From Callorhinchus milii (lineage: Eukaryota): a stretch of DNA of 64,000 bases. Below, in pieces: positions 13,939 to 27,300 of this stretch. The translations under genes and the position numbers were made by a program. The DNA is taken from assembly GCF_018977255.1 (NCBI RefSeq), contig NW_024704743.1:111354001-111418000 (forward strand), written 5' to 3'. Each line of letters starts with the position of its first letter. The stretch's first letter is position 1. Below the pieces are notes generated by a model. That model saw only the letters and a program-made list of their open reading frames with translations. It was not told the origin of the DNA and made no database searches.

Positions 13939-14721
13939 GTGTGAAAATCAATAAGTACTGAAAATGAAGAACCTTGGAAATATGACTCTTTCCAGAGGGA
14001 TTGTTCTGATCAATTCTCATTGTCACGTTCACATCCTCCACTCTCAAGGTCATCCAGTGACTTGGTTTTGTGTCTCCTCTTAGTTGTGGTGGCCAGGTGA
14101 AATTTTTGTCTATAGAAATGGGATCTCAGCACTCACTGGTTCTGAGTAGTTCTAAGGTCCCATTGGGTTATAGCCCTTGTGTACCAGGTATGAAAAGCTT
14201 TGTCTTGTTCTCCAATACTTCAATGGCCATCTCCAAATCCTCACTGAAATCAACTTTCCCTACTTGACGTATAGCCGCTACCATTTTCTGCTACTTTTAT
14301 CTGTAAGTGCCAGCCTTGAGACTGCCTCACAAGCGAGGCCACATTAATGTAGAATTCGGAGCCCATTTAAATGTCAGGCACAATTAATTTTCAACTCAAC
14401 TCAAAGTGCACTGACCCAAGGGAATAAAATTAAAAAAACGCATTGTCTCCCAGTTGCATTATGCATCAATATGTGTTGGACATCACACGTTCATTGATGT
14501 ATAAATAAATTATACTTTTTTTATATAAACTTTGCAGACATTTGCTTCAGGGATTCCCTTCACTATATTTAGGATGGAACATATTTTCAATAAATTTGTT
14601 CATACATTAAATCAAAAGAAAATTTTATTTTACTGGTAACATCGTGGTGCTGTGAGCAGCCTACCAGATGCAATATAGTTAACATGTAACTTTGCTGCAC
14701 TACAAACAAATTAATTTGTTT

Positions 14722-15197
14722 CTCGGCCTTCCCAAGTCCTCCCTTCCCAGGCTGCAGATAATCCAGAACTCGGCAGCCCATGTCCTCTCCTGCACCAAAT
14801 TCCATGACCCTGTCTCCCCCATTCTCACCCGACTCCATTGGCTCCCTATCCTTCAGAGGATCCAGTTCAAGATCCTGGTCCTTACCTACAAAGTCCTCCA
14901 CGGCCTCACCCCACCCTACCTCTGTGACCTCCTCTGTGGCATTCAGCCACTCTGTCCCCAACCTCTGGAATTCCATCCCCCAATCACTCCGCTTCACCCC
15001 CTCCTTAGCCTCCTTCAAGTCCTGCCTCAAAACCCTCCTCTTCGACCATGCCATTGGCAACCCCTTCCCCTCCCCACCCCTCTCTCCCCTTGACCCCAGC
15101 TCGGGTCTGAAATGCTGCACACTTTCCACGCCTTGGGACGTCCTCCCGGCATGAAAGGTGCTATACAAATGTAATCTTGTTGTTGTATTGTTGTTGT
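14722..15197 (+). mobile_element. L2-type LINE 3' portion with internal deletion
   Basis: RLQIIQNSAA...RLHWLP...FKILVLTYK, (TTG)n tail. Confidence 0.85.
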
Positions 15198-15790
15198 AGA
15201 CACTGAGCTGCAACACAAATAATTCCTTCCTCACTACTCCCAACAACAGTAAAAATTCTCACTAAATGTACAGTTTTATGAATCACAATAGCTCCAAACT
15301 ATCTATGCACAGAATACATGATGGTCAATAACCTCTCTGGTAAGTCTGCAGTCATCACTACACAGGTAAGTTATGAGCTCTGGTAAGTTTATGAAGTCTG
15401 GTATGTTTATGAGGTCTGCTTCATTATGGAATAAATATTATAACCTGACAAGTGTTGTTCCTGACAAGTATTCTTCATGATCTATATTTAAAACATTTAT
15501 TTCACCGTCTGTAACCATATTGTCACAAGTTATCCCAGTTCCAAAAAAAACCTGTGATCAACTTCAGCTTGCGAGATAAATATGGTTGCTTGCAGTATAT
15601 GTTCCTGCCTGCAGTTTAGTGAATGGGACTAATGCATCACATGTTTGACAGCACATGTGAATTTATGCCACAAATTGGTCAGCTATACCTGCTGCTGATG
15701 CTGTTCCATCTGCAACTATCCATTGCTTCCAACCTCTCCAATTTATAATCCACTTCAGAAATGTATCAATAGGGGGAGGGGGTGCTATGT

Positions 15791-16151
15791 TATAATAATA
15801 ATCCTTGTATTTGATATAGCGCCTTATCACGTCTTCTAGACATCTAAAAATATTCACAGAATATACTATAAAGTAAACTGACTGGGAGAAACACAACGGA
15901 TAATTGAGCACAGCAGTGTCCCACAAACAGTTGTGGATTAAGTGAAAAAAAAATTTTTTGATGGGTTATTATTATTATTATCCCAGGGAAAGCGATCCAC
16001 CAATCGACTAACAACTGGGTTCCTACTTACTGCTAGGTAAACGGAGGTATGTGGAGTAAAGAAACTTGCCCAACATTTCGCCCTGCCAGGAATCAAACCC
16101 AGGTCTCTCGCTTGTGAGGCGAGTGCTCTAACCACTGAGCTACAGGACTCC
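15791..16151 (-). mobile_element. Family-A SINE, long form
   Basis: tRNA-like head, extra internal segment (CAGTAAGTAGGAACCCAGTTGTTAGTCGATTGG), core and tail. Confidence 0.85.
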
Positions 16152-19100
16152 ACATGTTGATGTTGACATGTCATTGGGGTCAGGATTCTTTTCACTTGGT
16201 TCCTCATCAGCCTGAAATGTAACATTCTAATAGGTACGGTTGTGCCTTGGCTTCTGCTAACTGCGAATGTATCCTCTTGGCTTACGCTAGCAGACTATCT
16301 GGGTGTGTGTATTTTGTGATAGGATAATAATAATAATAATCCTTGCATTTGATATAGCGCTTTTCACGTCGGGAGGACGTCCCAAAGCGCTTCACAGAAC
16401 ACACTGTAAAGTGAATTGACTGTATATTTGTGGGCGAACGCGGCAGCCAATTGCGCACAGCAATGTCCCACAAACAGTCGTAGATTGAAAATGACCAATT
16501 TATTATTGTTTTTGGTTTTAAATATTAGGATATTATTCCCTAACTTTGAAAGGCAACTAGGCAAGAATTCCAGGAGAATAGATGGTGCCTGCTAAGGAGA
16601 TATGGAAGAGGCCTTGCTGGTTAAGCAGATTTTACTATCTTCTTTTCCTAGTGACGAATCACCAGCTTTGAGTCAGTGTGTTTGTTTCACTGACTGCTCA
16701 GATGCGATTGTAGGAATCGCAGCTACCAGTCAGACCATGTCTTACATGGTGTAACACAGTGGGGGACACTGGCAACATGGTGTTCGGAAAGACAATGGTT
16801 GCTTTGATTGAATAATAAACACAAGGCATCAGACAATGAGTTCTGCACATCATGTTAGAAACGGAGACGGTAAGATGGAGACGATCATCTAATAGCAACA
16901 AAAGCAATGGATTATCCGTCCTTCGGATAAGATGTTAGACTGAGGTCCCATCTGCCTGTTCAGGTGGAAGTTAAAGATCCCATTACACTCTTCGAAAAGA
17001 GAAGGGAGTTTGTCCCAGTGTCCTGGCCACAATCCCCCAAAAACAAAATTGATCACTCAGACCATGGTTGTTTGTGGGACAATGCTGTGTGCAACTGGCT
17101 GCCATGTTTCGCTCACAAAATACACAGTCAATCGACTTTGCAGTATATCCCATGAAGCGTTTTGAGACGTCTCAACGATCTGATAAGGCGATATATCGAT
17201 TGCAAGGATCATTATTATAGTTCATCACATTTTGGTTTGGCAAAAATTATCATATACAAAGACGTCAGCAAGGTTGCCATTGACAACTGCCAGCATGAAA
17301 GTGACCCCTCGAGGATTACGAATGGAATATTGTCCTAATTCATGTTGAATCCTGGATCAACTCACTGTGAGTCGACTCACAAAGAATATTTTTGAGGCTT
17401 GTTTATGATGTGGCTATAAATAAATAATCTATCAAGAAATATTTATATGGTTGGAAGACCAAAAAGGTTGGCCACTACTGTCTTACAGGATTTATTGAGA
17501 AAGTTTAGTGACTGTGTATTTTGTGGACAAATGCAGCAGACATTTTATGCGCAACAAAGTCCCCAAAACAACCATGAAATGAATGACCAATTTTATTTGG
17601 GTGATTGGTGGCTATGGACCGGCGAGAAAATCCCTCCTCTTTTCAAATGGTGCCACGAGATCTTTAACATCCTCCGTATCCAAAAAGAACTGTGGGAACT
17701 TGGATCTCAAACAAAGACTGGGTTGAAGAATTTGCTAAAAAAAAGCACAATCTTAATTTCGAGAAATATATATACATGTAATCTAGTGGACAAGTGATGT
17801 CCAGGCTATTATAGACTTCCTGATTCACTCAAAATATCCACATTCATCACCAAATGCACAATTTAGCTGTTTAAAGGAATGGCCATTTGGACGAAAAATC
17901 TTCCATTGTTGTCAGCTAAATTCACCCATTACGTGAAATGGTTTGACCCAGGAAGACATACTGGGACCTCTGAGGGAAAAGACTTGTTACATAATAAATG
18001 AACGCCCTACTTTTCATCTAAGTGATGATTAAAAAAGCTAGGACTCTTCAGTCTTGTGAGAAGATGACTCAGATGCAAGTCCGTAGAGGCACATACAATA
18101 TTATATGGGATTGAAAATAGTAAACCCAGAACAATACTTTAGGATCCACTAAGACAAAAGAACAAGAAGACCTAGGTTTAGAATTGTAAAAGACAATATT
18201 AGGACAGATAATACAATTTATTTATTTACTCAGAGGGTAATTAACAATGGGTGTTTGTGGTACATTGCTGAGTGCAGGTTGGCTACAATATACAACAACA
18301 ACAACAAAATTAAATTTGTGTAGAACCTTTCATGTCGGGAGGATGTCCCAAGGCGCTGGACAGACAGAGTTACTGACAGTCACTACACTTTATAGAAAAT
18401 CCTGTGGTACGTTTCCTGAGGTGAAAGGAACCATATCAAATGCAAAGATTCTTGTTATTATTTTTTTAAAGCAAACCACTGCTCAGTTGAAATCACTTTT
18501 AAAAGAACAGTTCTCTAAAGGTTGTTCAGCATTACTATGAGATCGGTATCAGCAATTAAACCTCTGACTTTACTTTGCACAACAGGATTACACTCAATTA
18601 ATCAATCAATAGATAAAGGAAATAAACAAATAAAGCTTTTCGCTGAGCTAGTTCCTACATTATACAGACTTCCTTTCTGGTACCTTATGATTAGCAATTT
18701 AGAGAACTCATTCATTTATATTCAGCTCAGAATTAATATAGGTTTAAGAAGATTACTTTTTTAAAACAAAGGACTTTCACTGCACAGGATGTATTCAGCT
18801 CAGGTTGCCTCACCCAGTAGGCAGCTTCAGGTTGTGTCCACAGCTCCTATTCTGATTGATGACAAGGCAGGTCAACCATGACCTTGGATTGCCATAGATC
18901 TACCTTTATCTTCTCACTGCCAGTACAACATTAGTGACAGCTTGCCAACTCCCTCCCACACCCCCCACCTCCCCTCACCACGCACAATATTTTTAGACAT
19001 GGTGCTCGTCTTATCAACCTTGAAAGAGTGAAAAGTCCCACTGGGATTTAAACCCACGACCTTGTCCATGCTCAACCAACTATGTTATCCAGGACATCTC

Positions 19101-20099
19101 AAACATTTCTAAATGTGTGCTTCCCACTAACTTGACCCCTCGAAACAGCATCGCTGCTTTGTGAAATCTCCAGGTACATCATGGCGTTAGATTATAAAAA
19201 GAATAATAATCCTTGCATTTAATATAGCATCTTTCAAGTTGGGAGGACTTCTCAAAACACTTCACAGGATTTCCTGTGGAGTGTAGATGAACGCAACAAA
19301 TAGTTTTGCGCACAGTAGCATTCCACAAACAGCCGTGAAATGAATACCCAATTTTATCTGGAGGCTAGAAAAGCAGGAGATATTCTATTCTCTTTTCAAC
19401 TAGTGCTGTCGGATCTTTAACGTCCACCTGAAAAAGCAGACTGGATCTCAGTTTAACAGCTCATCTGAAGCACCACACCACTAGCAATGAAGCACATCTC
19501 AGCACTACAATGGAATGTTATCTTAGACTACACAAGTTCAAAGTCCTGGGCCTTGAACCCACAATCTTCTAACTCAGGGGCGAGAGGGCCACCAACTGAG
19601 GCACATTTCTAGATTAGTAGCACCAAAACCTGAGCAGAAATCTCTGGCATTCTTGTTTTTAAACACGGTTTCCAGGATTCGTTGTAATTTTTGAAAGTTG
19701 TCCAAACAGAAATAATAATTCAAAATCAGCTGCAATTGGTGACATTGTACTGGGTTTCACACACACATCTCGACATAACAACATGGTAAAGTGTTTTGAA
19801 AGACACCGAGGTCGTGATGAAAATATTCTCTTAATGTTCCAATTTTCCTACTCTCACATTGTGATATCAGGATGACTAATCTAGTGCACAGTTACAGCTC
19901 ACTGTTGATGCTCGATGACTTTCAGCACACATCATAACCATTTGCCAAATGATTTTCAATTGATTTCTTCCCTCATTTGTGTCTCTTTCAATCTGATGTT
20001 TTTATTGTACCTTTACTGGAGGTAGCCAACAAAAGATACAATTTGCTTTCCCCCTTCCCCTTGGTGTAAACTCACAGTGGCACCTGATACCACGCGCAT

Positions 20100-20545
20100 A
20101 GCAAGCCTTTGGTAACCAAAATGCTCAATCCTTACCCACAAGAAGATGGTGGCAATGCTCTCACACATTTCATGTTGAGTTGTGTTGCCCACCAGGAAGC
20201 TCACAGAGAGTTCCTGGTACCTACCCTCCACCTAGTGAAGGCTTGTCATATGTTGGTGGGGGGGGCCCTTGGAGCTGAACTGGCTACAAACTGACATGTT
20301 TGGCACCGAAATGTCAGAATGAAGCCAACCCTCTGTGGCGGTCTTGGTAATCTGGTTTCTAAACCAGGTGGGTCAGCAGTACTGCAGGGCTGTGCTGATG
20401 GCAGCCTGGCTCATCAGCAAGACCTGGAAAGGCAGACAATCAGTGGGGGCAGGGAATCAACCCACTCAGCTCCTGTTAACCCTGCAAGCCACAGCCCTAA
20501 CAGGCAGGGTGGTCCCAGCTGGACAAGCAGTAGGAAAGTTTGCCA
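20100..20545 (+). mobile_element. Unclassified retroposon, copy extending furthest 5'
   Basis: From about 20270 it aligns by eye with 29596-30149 and 55760-56325. Upstream lies the peptide LTHFMLSCVAHQEAHREFL. Confidence 0.55.
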
Positions 20546-21344
20546 GACAATTACTGGGTGGACTATCTACCCTGGTACCAGGCTGCTGAATAGCCAGTGC
20601 TACCTCTGCACAGGAGCTATATTACATTACATGCAAGCTTAAAGACTGTGCAGTGTTGATTGTGGGGCTATCATAGCTAAGTGGACCTGAGCTAACTTAT
20701 ACACATGTACATTAACAATATAGTAACCCTTGCATTTGATATACTATCTTTCACGTCGGGAGGATGTCTCAAAGTACTTCACATGATTTACTCTGAAGTA
20801 TAGTTTGTAGATGAATCCAAGGCTCGCAGGATTGGAATGGAATGTCAATTTAGACCATGATTTCAAAGTCCTGGCATGAGGCTTCAATTAACAACCCTCT
20901 GACCCATAGGCGAGAGTGCTGTGCTAGGCTGACGCACAAACACTGGGTATCACTGGGTGGCAGAGAGAAGTAGGAACTGACAGGGTTGACTTTTCCCTAG
21001 TACCAGGCAACCCTAAGACCCATGATAGCACTGCCATGGAAACCCCAGCTGAGATAATAATAATAATAATCCTTGCATTTGATATTAGTGCTTTTCATGT
21101 CTTCTAAACGTCTCAAAGCGCTTCACAGAATATACTGTAAAGTGAATTGACTGTATATTTTTGTGGGCGAAATGCGGCAGCCAATTGCGCACAGCAGTGT
21201 CCTACAAACAATTGTGGATTGATGATAGTTTGTGGCAAAAATCTCCATATTTAAACTACCTTCTGTGTAAAGAAATGTTTTCTAATATCCCCTTTAACTC
21301 TTTTTTATGAATACTTCAATTTGTGCACTTTAGTTAACATAACA

Positions 21345-21690
21345 TAATATAACATAACATAACATGTAGGAGCAGGAGTAGACCATTCGACCCTTTGAGC
21401 CTGCCCCGCCATTCAATCATGGCTGATCTTCTAATCTAACTCCAGCTAATACCATAACCCTGCCTTATCCCCATATCCCTTAATCCCTTTGCAATAAGAA
21501 ATATATCTCTCTCAGTCTTGAATATGTTCAAGGACTGAGCGTCAACAGCTCTTTGGGGTAGCGAGTTCCATACATTCACCACTCTTTGAGTGAAGAAGTT
21601 CTTCCTCAATTCAGTGCAAAAGGGCTGGTCTCTGATTTTAAGGTTGTAACCCCTGGTTTTAGTTTCTCCAACCAGGGGAAAGTTTCTCCA
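21345..21690 (-). mobile_element. CR1-type LINE 3' end
   Basis: (AACAT)n tail, then GGAGCAGGAGTAGACCATTCGACCC and reverse-strand ORF2 C-terminal sequence. Homologous to 46044-46460. Confidence 0.8.
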
Positions 21691-23091
21691 ACCAGTTCTT
21701 AACTCACCGACCAGTAGATACTATTTACCCTATCATAGCCTTTGGGGAAGACCCTTATCAGGTCATTCTTTTACTTTGTCAGCCATAGTGAAAAACATCT
21801 CATCCGTGAAATATCATAATAATAATCCTCAGATTATTATTATTAATAATAATTAGAGCAGTTAATTATAATTAGATCAGCTAAATTACCAAAAACCAGA
21901 ATAACAACTGACTCACGAGACAGTCATTACACTTTACTCTGTGAAGCACTTTTAGAGTGTTTTAATGGGATCAGGCATTGTATCAAATGCAAGGATCATA
22001 ATTTAAAGTGTATTTAAAAATTTGTAGCCACTGGTTTTATTGAACACATTAGCATTAACAGGACTTCAGACTTTGTGCGCGCAATACTGATACTGATACT
22101 ATTCTGTAATTTTGCTGGAAGTGTTGCTTATCAATTAAGAAGAATTAAGAAGTTAGTTACAACAATAATAATCCTTGCATTTGATATAGTGCCTCATCAT
22201 GTCTTCGAGACATCTCAAAAGTTCTTCGCAGAGTATACCGTAAAGTGAATTGACTATATAATTTGTAGATGAAATCTGGCAGCCAATTGCGCATAGCAAT
22301 GTCCCACAAAAGGTTGTGGATTAAGTGACCAAAGTCATGGATTGATTGCAAATTTAGAGGAAACAAAAGATCCATAGAAGATCAGGAGCAAATATCACAA
22401 CATTAGCAGCGAGCAACAAATTGACATAAAGACATTTAAAAATGGGGATTGGATATGGGTTGAAAATGTGGCATTGATCAGCATTGGAGTCATCAGACTG
22501 GTGGATTTGGTTTGAGCTCGCTGCTGAATGGCAGCTTTAATCTTCGTTTACTTTTGTACGTTTGGTGGTAAACTAATTGTAATTTTTCTGCTTGATGTAA
22601 TTTGGGTTTGATTGGATTGCTATTGAGAGCAGACAGTGGTTGGTAAAATGGAGGGCGCAGTTTATGACTCACTCATCATGTGAATATCAGTGGGTGTCCC
22701 ACTGTCAGGACCTTTCCAAAATAGCCCCAGTCAAGACACACAGCATTACTCCACATACACTAGAGGCACAATATAAAAGACCTAACCATTTGAGCAAAGC
22801 AATTGTTTGAGATTTTATTTTACTATTTCCATGGAATATAAAAACAACTTTGTTGATGCCAGGAGTCAAAATATTCATTTTAATGTTGATCTTTAATATT
22901 AACTTTTAGTTTTGGAATTAAATGTTTTAACTTTATAATAATAAAAAGAATAATCCTTGCATTTGATATAGGGTCTTATCATGTCTTCAAGATATATCAA
23001 AGCCCATTACAGGATTTTACAGTATAGTGATTATGTATTTGTAGACAAATTCTGCAGCCAATTTGAACACAGCAAAGTCCCACAGAAGTCT

Positions 23092-23415
23092 ATAATAATA
23101 ATAATAATAATAATCCTTGCATTTGATATAGCACTTTTCACGTCGGGAGGACATCCCAAAGCGCTTCACAGAACACACTGTAAAGTGAATTGACTGTATA
23201 TTTGTGGGCGAACGCGGCAGCCAATTGCGCACAGCAATGTCCCACAAACAGTCGTAGATTGAAAATGACCAATTTATTATTGTTTTTGGTTTTGGAGGGA
23301 TTATTATTAGGCGTGTGGATTAAGGAAACTTACCCAAGGTTTCGCCCTGCCTGGAATTGAACTTACGTCTCTCGCTTTCAAAGCGAGTGCTCTAACCACT
23401 GAGCTACAGGACTCC
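23092..23415 (-). mobile_element. Full-length family-A SINE nested in an older SINE (about 22950-23610)
   Basis: Head, core and tail present. The flanks continue a degenerate Deu-SINE in the same orientation. Confidence 0.85.
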
Positions 23416-23689
23416 ACAAAATGAATGATAATTTGGGGGATTGTTGGCCAGGAGACCAGGAGAAACTCCCTTCTCTTTTCAAGTAGTACCATGGAATCTT
23501 TAATATCCACCTGAACAGGAAACATGGGAGCTTGGTTAAACATCTCATCAGCACTGCATTCAAGAATCTGCCTCGACTGTGAGTACAAGGTCCAAAGTGG
23601 GCCTTGAACTAACAACCTTACGTAAAAATGGCACAGGAAAATCCCACCACTCATAACATCCAATTCATTTGCAATGGGCCCGGTAGTTA

Positions 23690-24325
23690 GCAAAGGTAGG
23701 AAGATCAAGGGTTTTGGATTTTTGTGTTTTTTTGAGGAGGGGAGTAATGACAGTGGTTTTGAGGTGGAGTGGAATGGAGCCTGAGGTGAAGTACAGGTTA
23801 ACTGTGTCTGCAAGGGGTAGAGGCCAGGAAGTTGAGTGATCAACAGTTGGGTAGGGAGGGGGTCAAGGCAGCAGGTAGTGGGCTTCATATTGTTGATGAT
23901 GGTTGAGAGGGAGGAGGAGGAAAATGGTAGGATTTTTGGGTGTTTATTTATATTAGTGGTGTTATGCTGTAGATGGATAACAACAACAGCAATAAAATTA
24001 CATTTATAGAGCGCCTTTCACGTCGGGAGGACGTCCCAAAGCATTGAACAGTCGGGTGTTGGGGCCCGAGCATGGGGGAGGGGTGGTTTAGTAGGGGTGA
24101 GGGAAGGCAGAGAGGTGGGAGGGAGACCAAAGGCACAGTCGAAGAGAAGGGTCTTGAGACCGGCCTTGAAGGAAGCAAGGGAGGAAGCGAGGCGAAGGGA
24201 CTGTGGGATGGAGTTCCAGAGTGTGGGGGCAGAGTGGCTGAAAGCCCGGCCACCGACGGGCGGGAGACATGGAGCAGGCTGGAGCCCGCTGAACGGAGGA
24301 AGCGAGCAGGTTGGTAGGTTGGTAA
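23690..24325 (-). mobile_element. Two L2 fragments (internal ORF2 piece and 3' end)
   Basis: MKPTTCCLDPLPTQLL (23690-23925) and a tail-bearing 3' end (23978-24325). Confidence 0.8.
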
Positions 24326-27300
24326 CATCTTCATATCTGACCCAACCTGTTTGCGGTTACAAAAACAATAACTCAGGACCAGGGGAATTAAAGCTCTGTG
24401 TTTCTTGCACTCAGTCATTTGAACTTCAACTTCCTGACCAATTGATGATCAAAGGCAGTTAGGCTTGAAATTCAACTGGCAGGAAAAGTGCAAACAGGAG
24501 GAATAGAGATTGCAGGACTGCCCTTTAAAGAGATTTGAAACAAACAGCCATTTGCTTTGAAATCTAACGCAAAAGGCTTATGTGACTGACTGTCTTTCAG
24601 ATTCACTTGAACAGTTCTCAAGCAAAAATAACTTAAAATATCTTGTGATATTTTCCTCATAGTAAAATCTTGTACTCACCCCCAATGGTAAAAGTATTAC
24701 AAATAGAAATTCAGTTACACAACTGACCAACTGTTGCTGCCTCATTCAACTTTAAAATGAATGTCAGACATTTGTAGTTATATACTGGTAAATCCCAAAC
24801 CAGAAATGTTTGTACTCAGGAATCTCCAGAGGTTTCGGAAAGAGTTTCTGAAAGATTCTCCGCAATCACAGAATGTAAATAAAATCTAATCATTGAGAGT
24901 ACCAATGGCCAAGAAGCATGTTTAGATTACTTTCACACAGGAAGGTTCTTGGTTGATACAAAAAGCCCCATTGAGGAAATTCCCTTTTAAAAGATTTGAT
25001 ACTCTGTCACCATTGACTGTGACTTTGTTCAGACAATTGAGAATTGATTTGACTTTTATTGATGAACTAAGCTAAAACATAAGTAATAAAAGTACAACAG
25101 TTACAGCAATATATAAAAGTATGGGAACAGCAACAATCCAGTCAAAAAAGTGCCAATCAAAGAGAGAGATGTTAATCATCTATTCAGCTTAAATAGGACT
25201 CCGTCATTATATATCCAATACAAGGAAGACGTACATTCTTCAGTTTTGTTACCGAAGAATACTAGTTTGGCAATGTACGCATGTATGTTTAAAAGCAAAA
25301 CACAGGTTATTAAATTGCAATAACCAGTTCTAGAAGTGCTGGGTGAGAAAAATGTGGCACAGTTATTTTTCATTTAAAATGGATTCAATTCTTGTTTGCA
25401 GCACAGGTTCTTGCTAGTATTTTTTTTAGATTTATCCCTGCATTGCTTTTCCATCTAGCAGAACAAAGCACACAGACAGAATTTCAAAGATGTTTCAATT
25501 TCTGTGCTGGATGGGTTTCCCTATCATTTATTCAGTAATTGGCCAACAGCTGCTAAATGCTACGTTGGGCTAAAATGGAAATGTCAACATCTCTTTGAAG
25601 TTAACTGGGCTTCACTGTGCTACACAATGGTTTACAAAGATGTCTTGGCCTTCCAAAGCGCTAAAGCATACTGTACATAGTTAAAGTATTGGCATAGCAA
25701 TAGGTTTGCCTTTGAGATGCATCAACACTTGATTTGTGTTGCTGATAACAACTCCATGTGCCCGAACAGTTGACCTTTGCACGTTCTGATAACCATGTGT
25801 AAACCCATATGTACAAAGGATATTACAGGTGCCCTTAATTATGTAATTAACTAATGATTTGGAAATCCTTATCTTTGGTTACTAATTACACAATTAACAG
25901 TGAGTGCAATCTCCTCATTACATGTGGTTTGCATATAGTTAGCGAAACCCTCATTTTAGATTCCACCATCAATGAACTGTGTTAATATCTAATGACCAAA
26001 CCCTTTTACACATTTTGTTATGGTAATCTCTTCGTCACCTATACATTCCAAGGTTCTTTTACCAATAAGGACAATGCTACATTCATCCACCTTTAAATCT
26101 AACTACCATTCCTGAGCCCATTCAGTTCACGGGTGTTCAGTTGGTGGGATTCATAACTCGGAGTCAGAAGGTTGTGAGTTCAAGCCCCACTTCAGGAATT
26201 TAAGGTCACAGTCTACACTGTCCCTCCAGTACAGTGTTAGGGGAGCAACAAATTGTCAGACGCGCCGTACTTTGGATGAGATGTTAAGTGAAGTCCCATC
26301 TGCCTGGCTAACAATCCCCCAGATAGAATTGATAATTCACTTCATGCCTATTTGTGGGACATTGTACAAATTGGCTGCTGCGTTTTACCACAAATGCACA
26401 GTTACTACACTTCACAGCAAAATCCCATGAAGTGCTTTTGAGATGTCTCGGCTACATGGTAACATGCTGCTGTATCAACCTAAGGATTATTATTTGTGCA
26501 GATGATTTTCTAAATCCTATTAACCTCTCTTATCAGACTCACCCAGCCACATTAGTTTGGTGTCATCACGAAATGTATTAGCAGTCTTGCTATAATATCT
26601 TTGAAAGTCATAGATTGACACAAAAAATAATATGACTGCTGTAGCCTCCTTCACATGGAAAATGTAAACTGTGGGGCATCCAGAACATTCCGTAATAAGA
26701 CCCTAACAAAAACTTGCAATTATATAGAACCCTTCATGTGGGTAGTGTCATGGATCCTTCACTTCTCCCCCCTTTAAACTTATACATTCATCTTCTGTAT
26801 CCTAATGCAAAAGCTATTAGGATTAATAGTTGCAGAAAGCTCAATATTATTTTGAAAGCCTCATTTGGCTATTCAGTTGAGGAATACTTTGATGTGCACT
26901 TACTGTGCTGTTCTAGCACAAGGAGACCACCAGTTGAGTGCAAAGCAACTGCATTGGCCATTGATTGATCTTTAGAGGATTTAGAAATCCTATTGGTGAT
27001 TTATATTATTTATGACAACCACAAACCTGCATCGGAAAGCAATGAGACTGGTTCCCCCAGGAACCAGCAAGGAGAAATGCTATATACGCTATAGCCTGTT
27101 TAGTCTTGAAAAAGACTTGTCAGAGGGGACTTTAGTTTTGGTCGATCCAATGTCTAACACATGCAGAAACCCATCGCCATACAAGAGTGTCCAAACCAAA
27201 TTATAGTTGCTGTTTGTCTGGCACAGAGTGCTCAGTCTGCATTCCAGAGACAAGACCCAGGGTTGGTAAGAGGCTGACTACCCCAGGCATGGGCACCCCA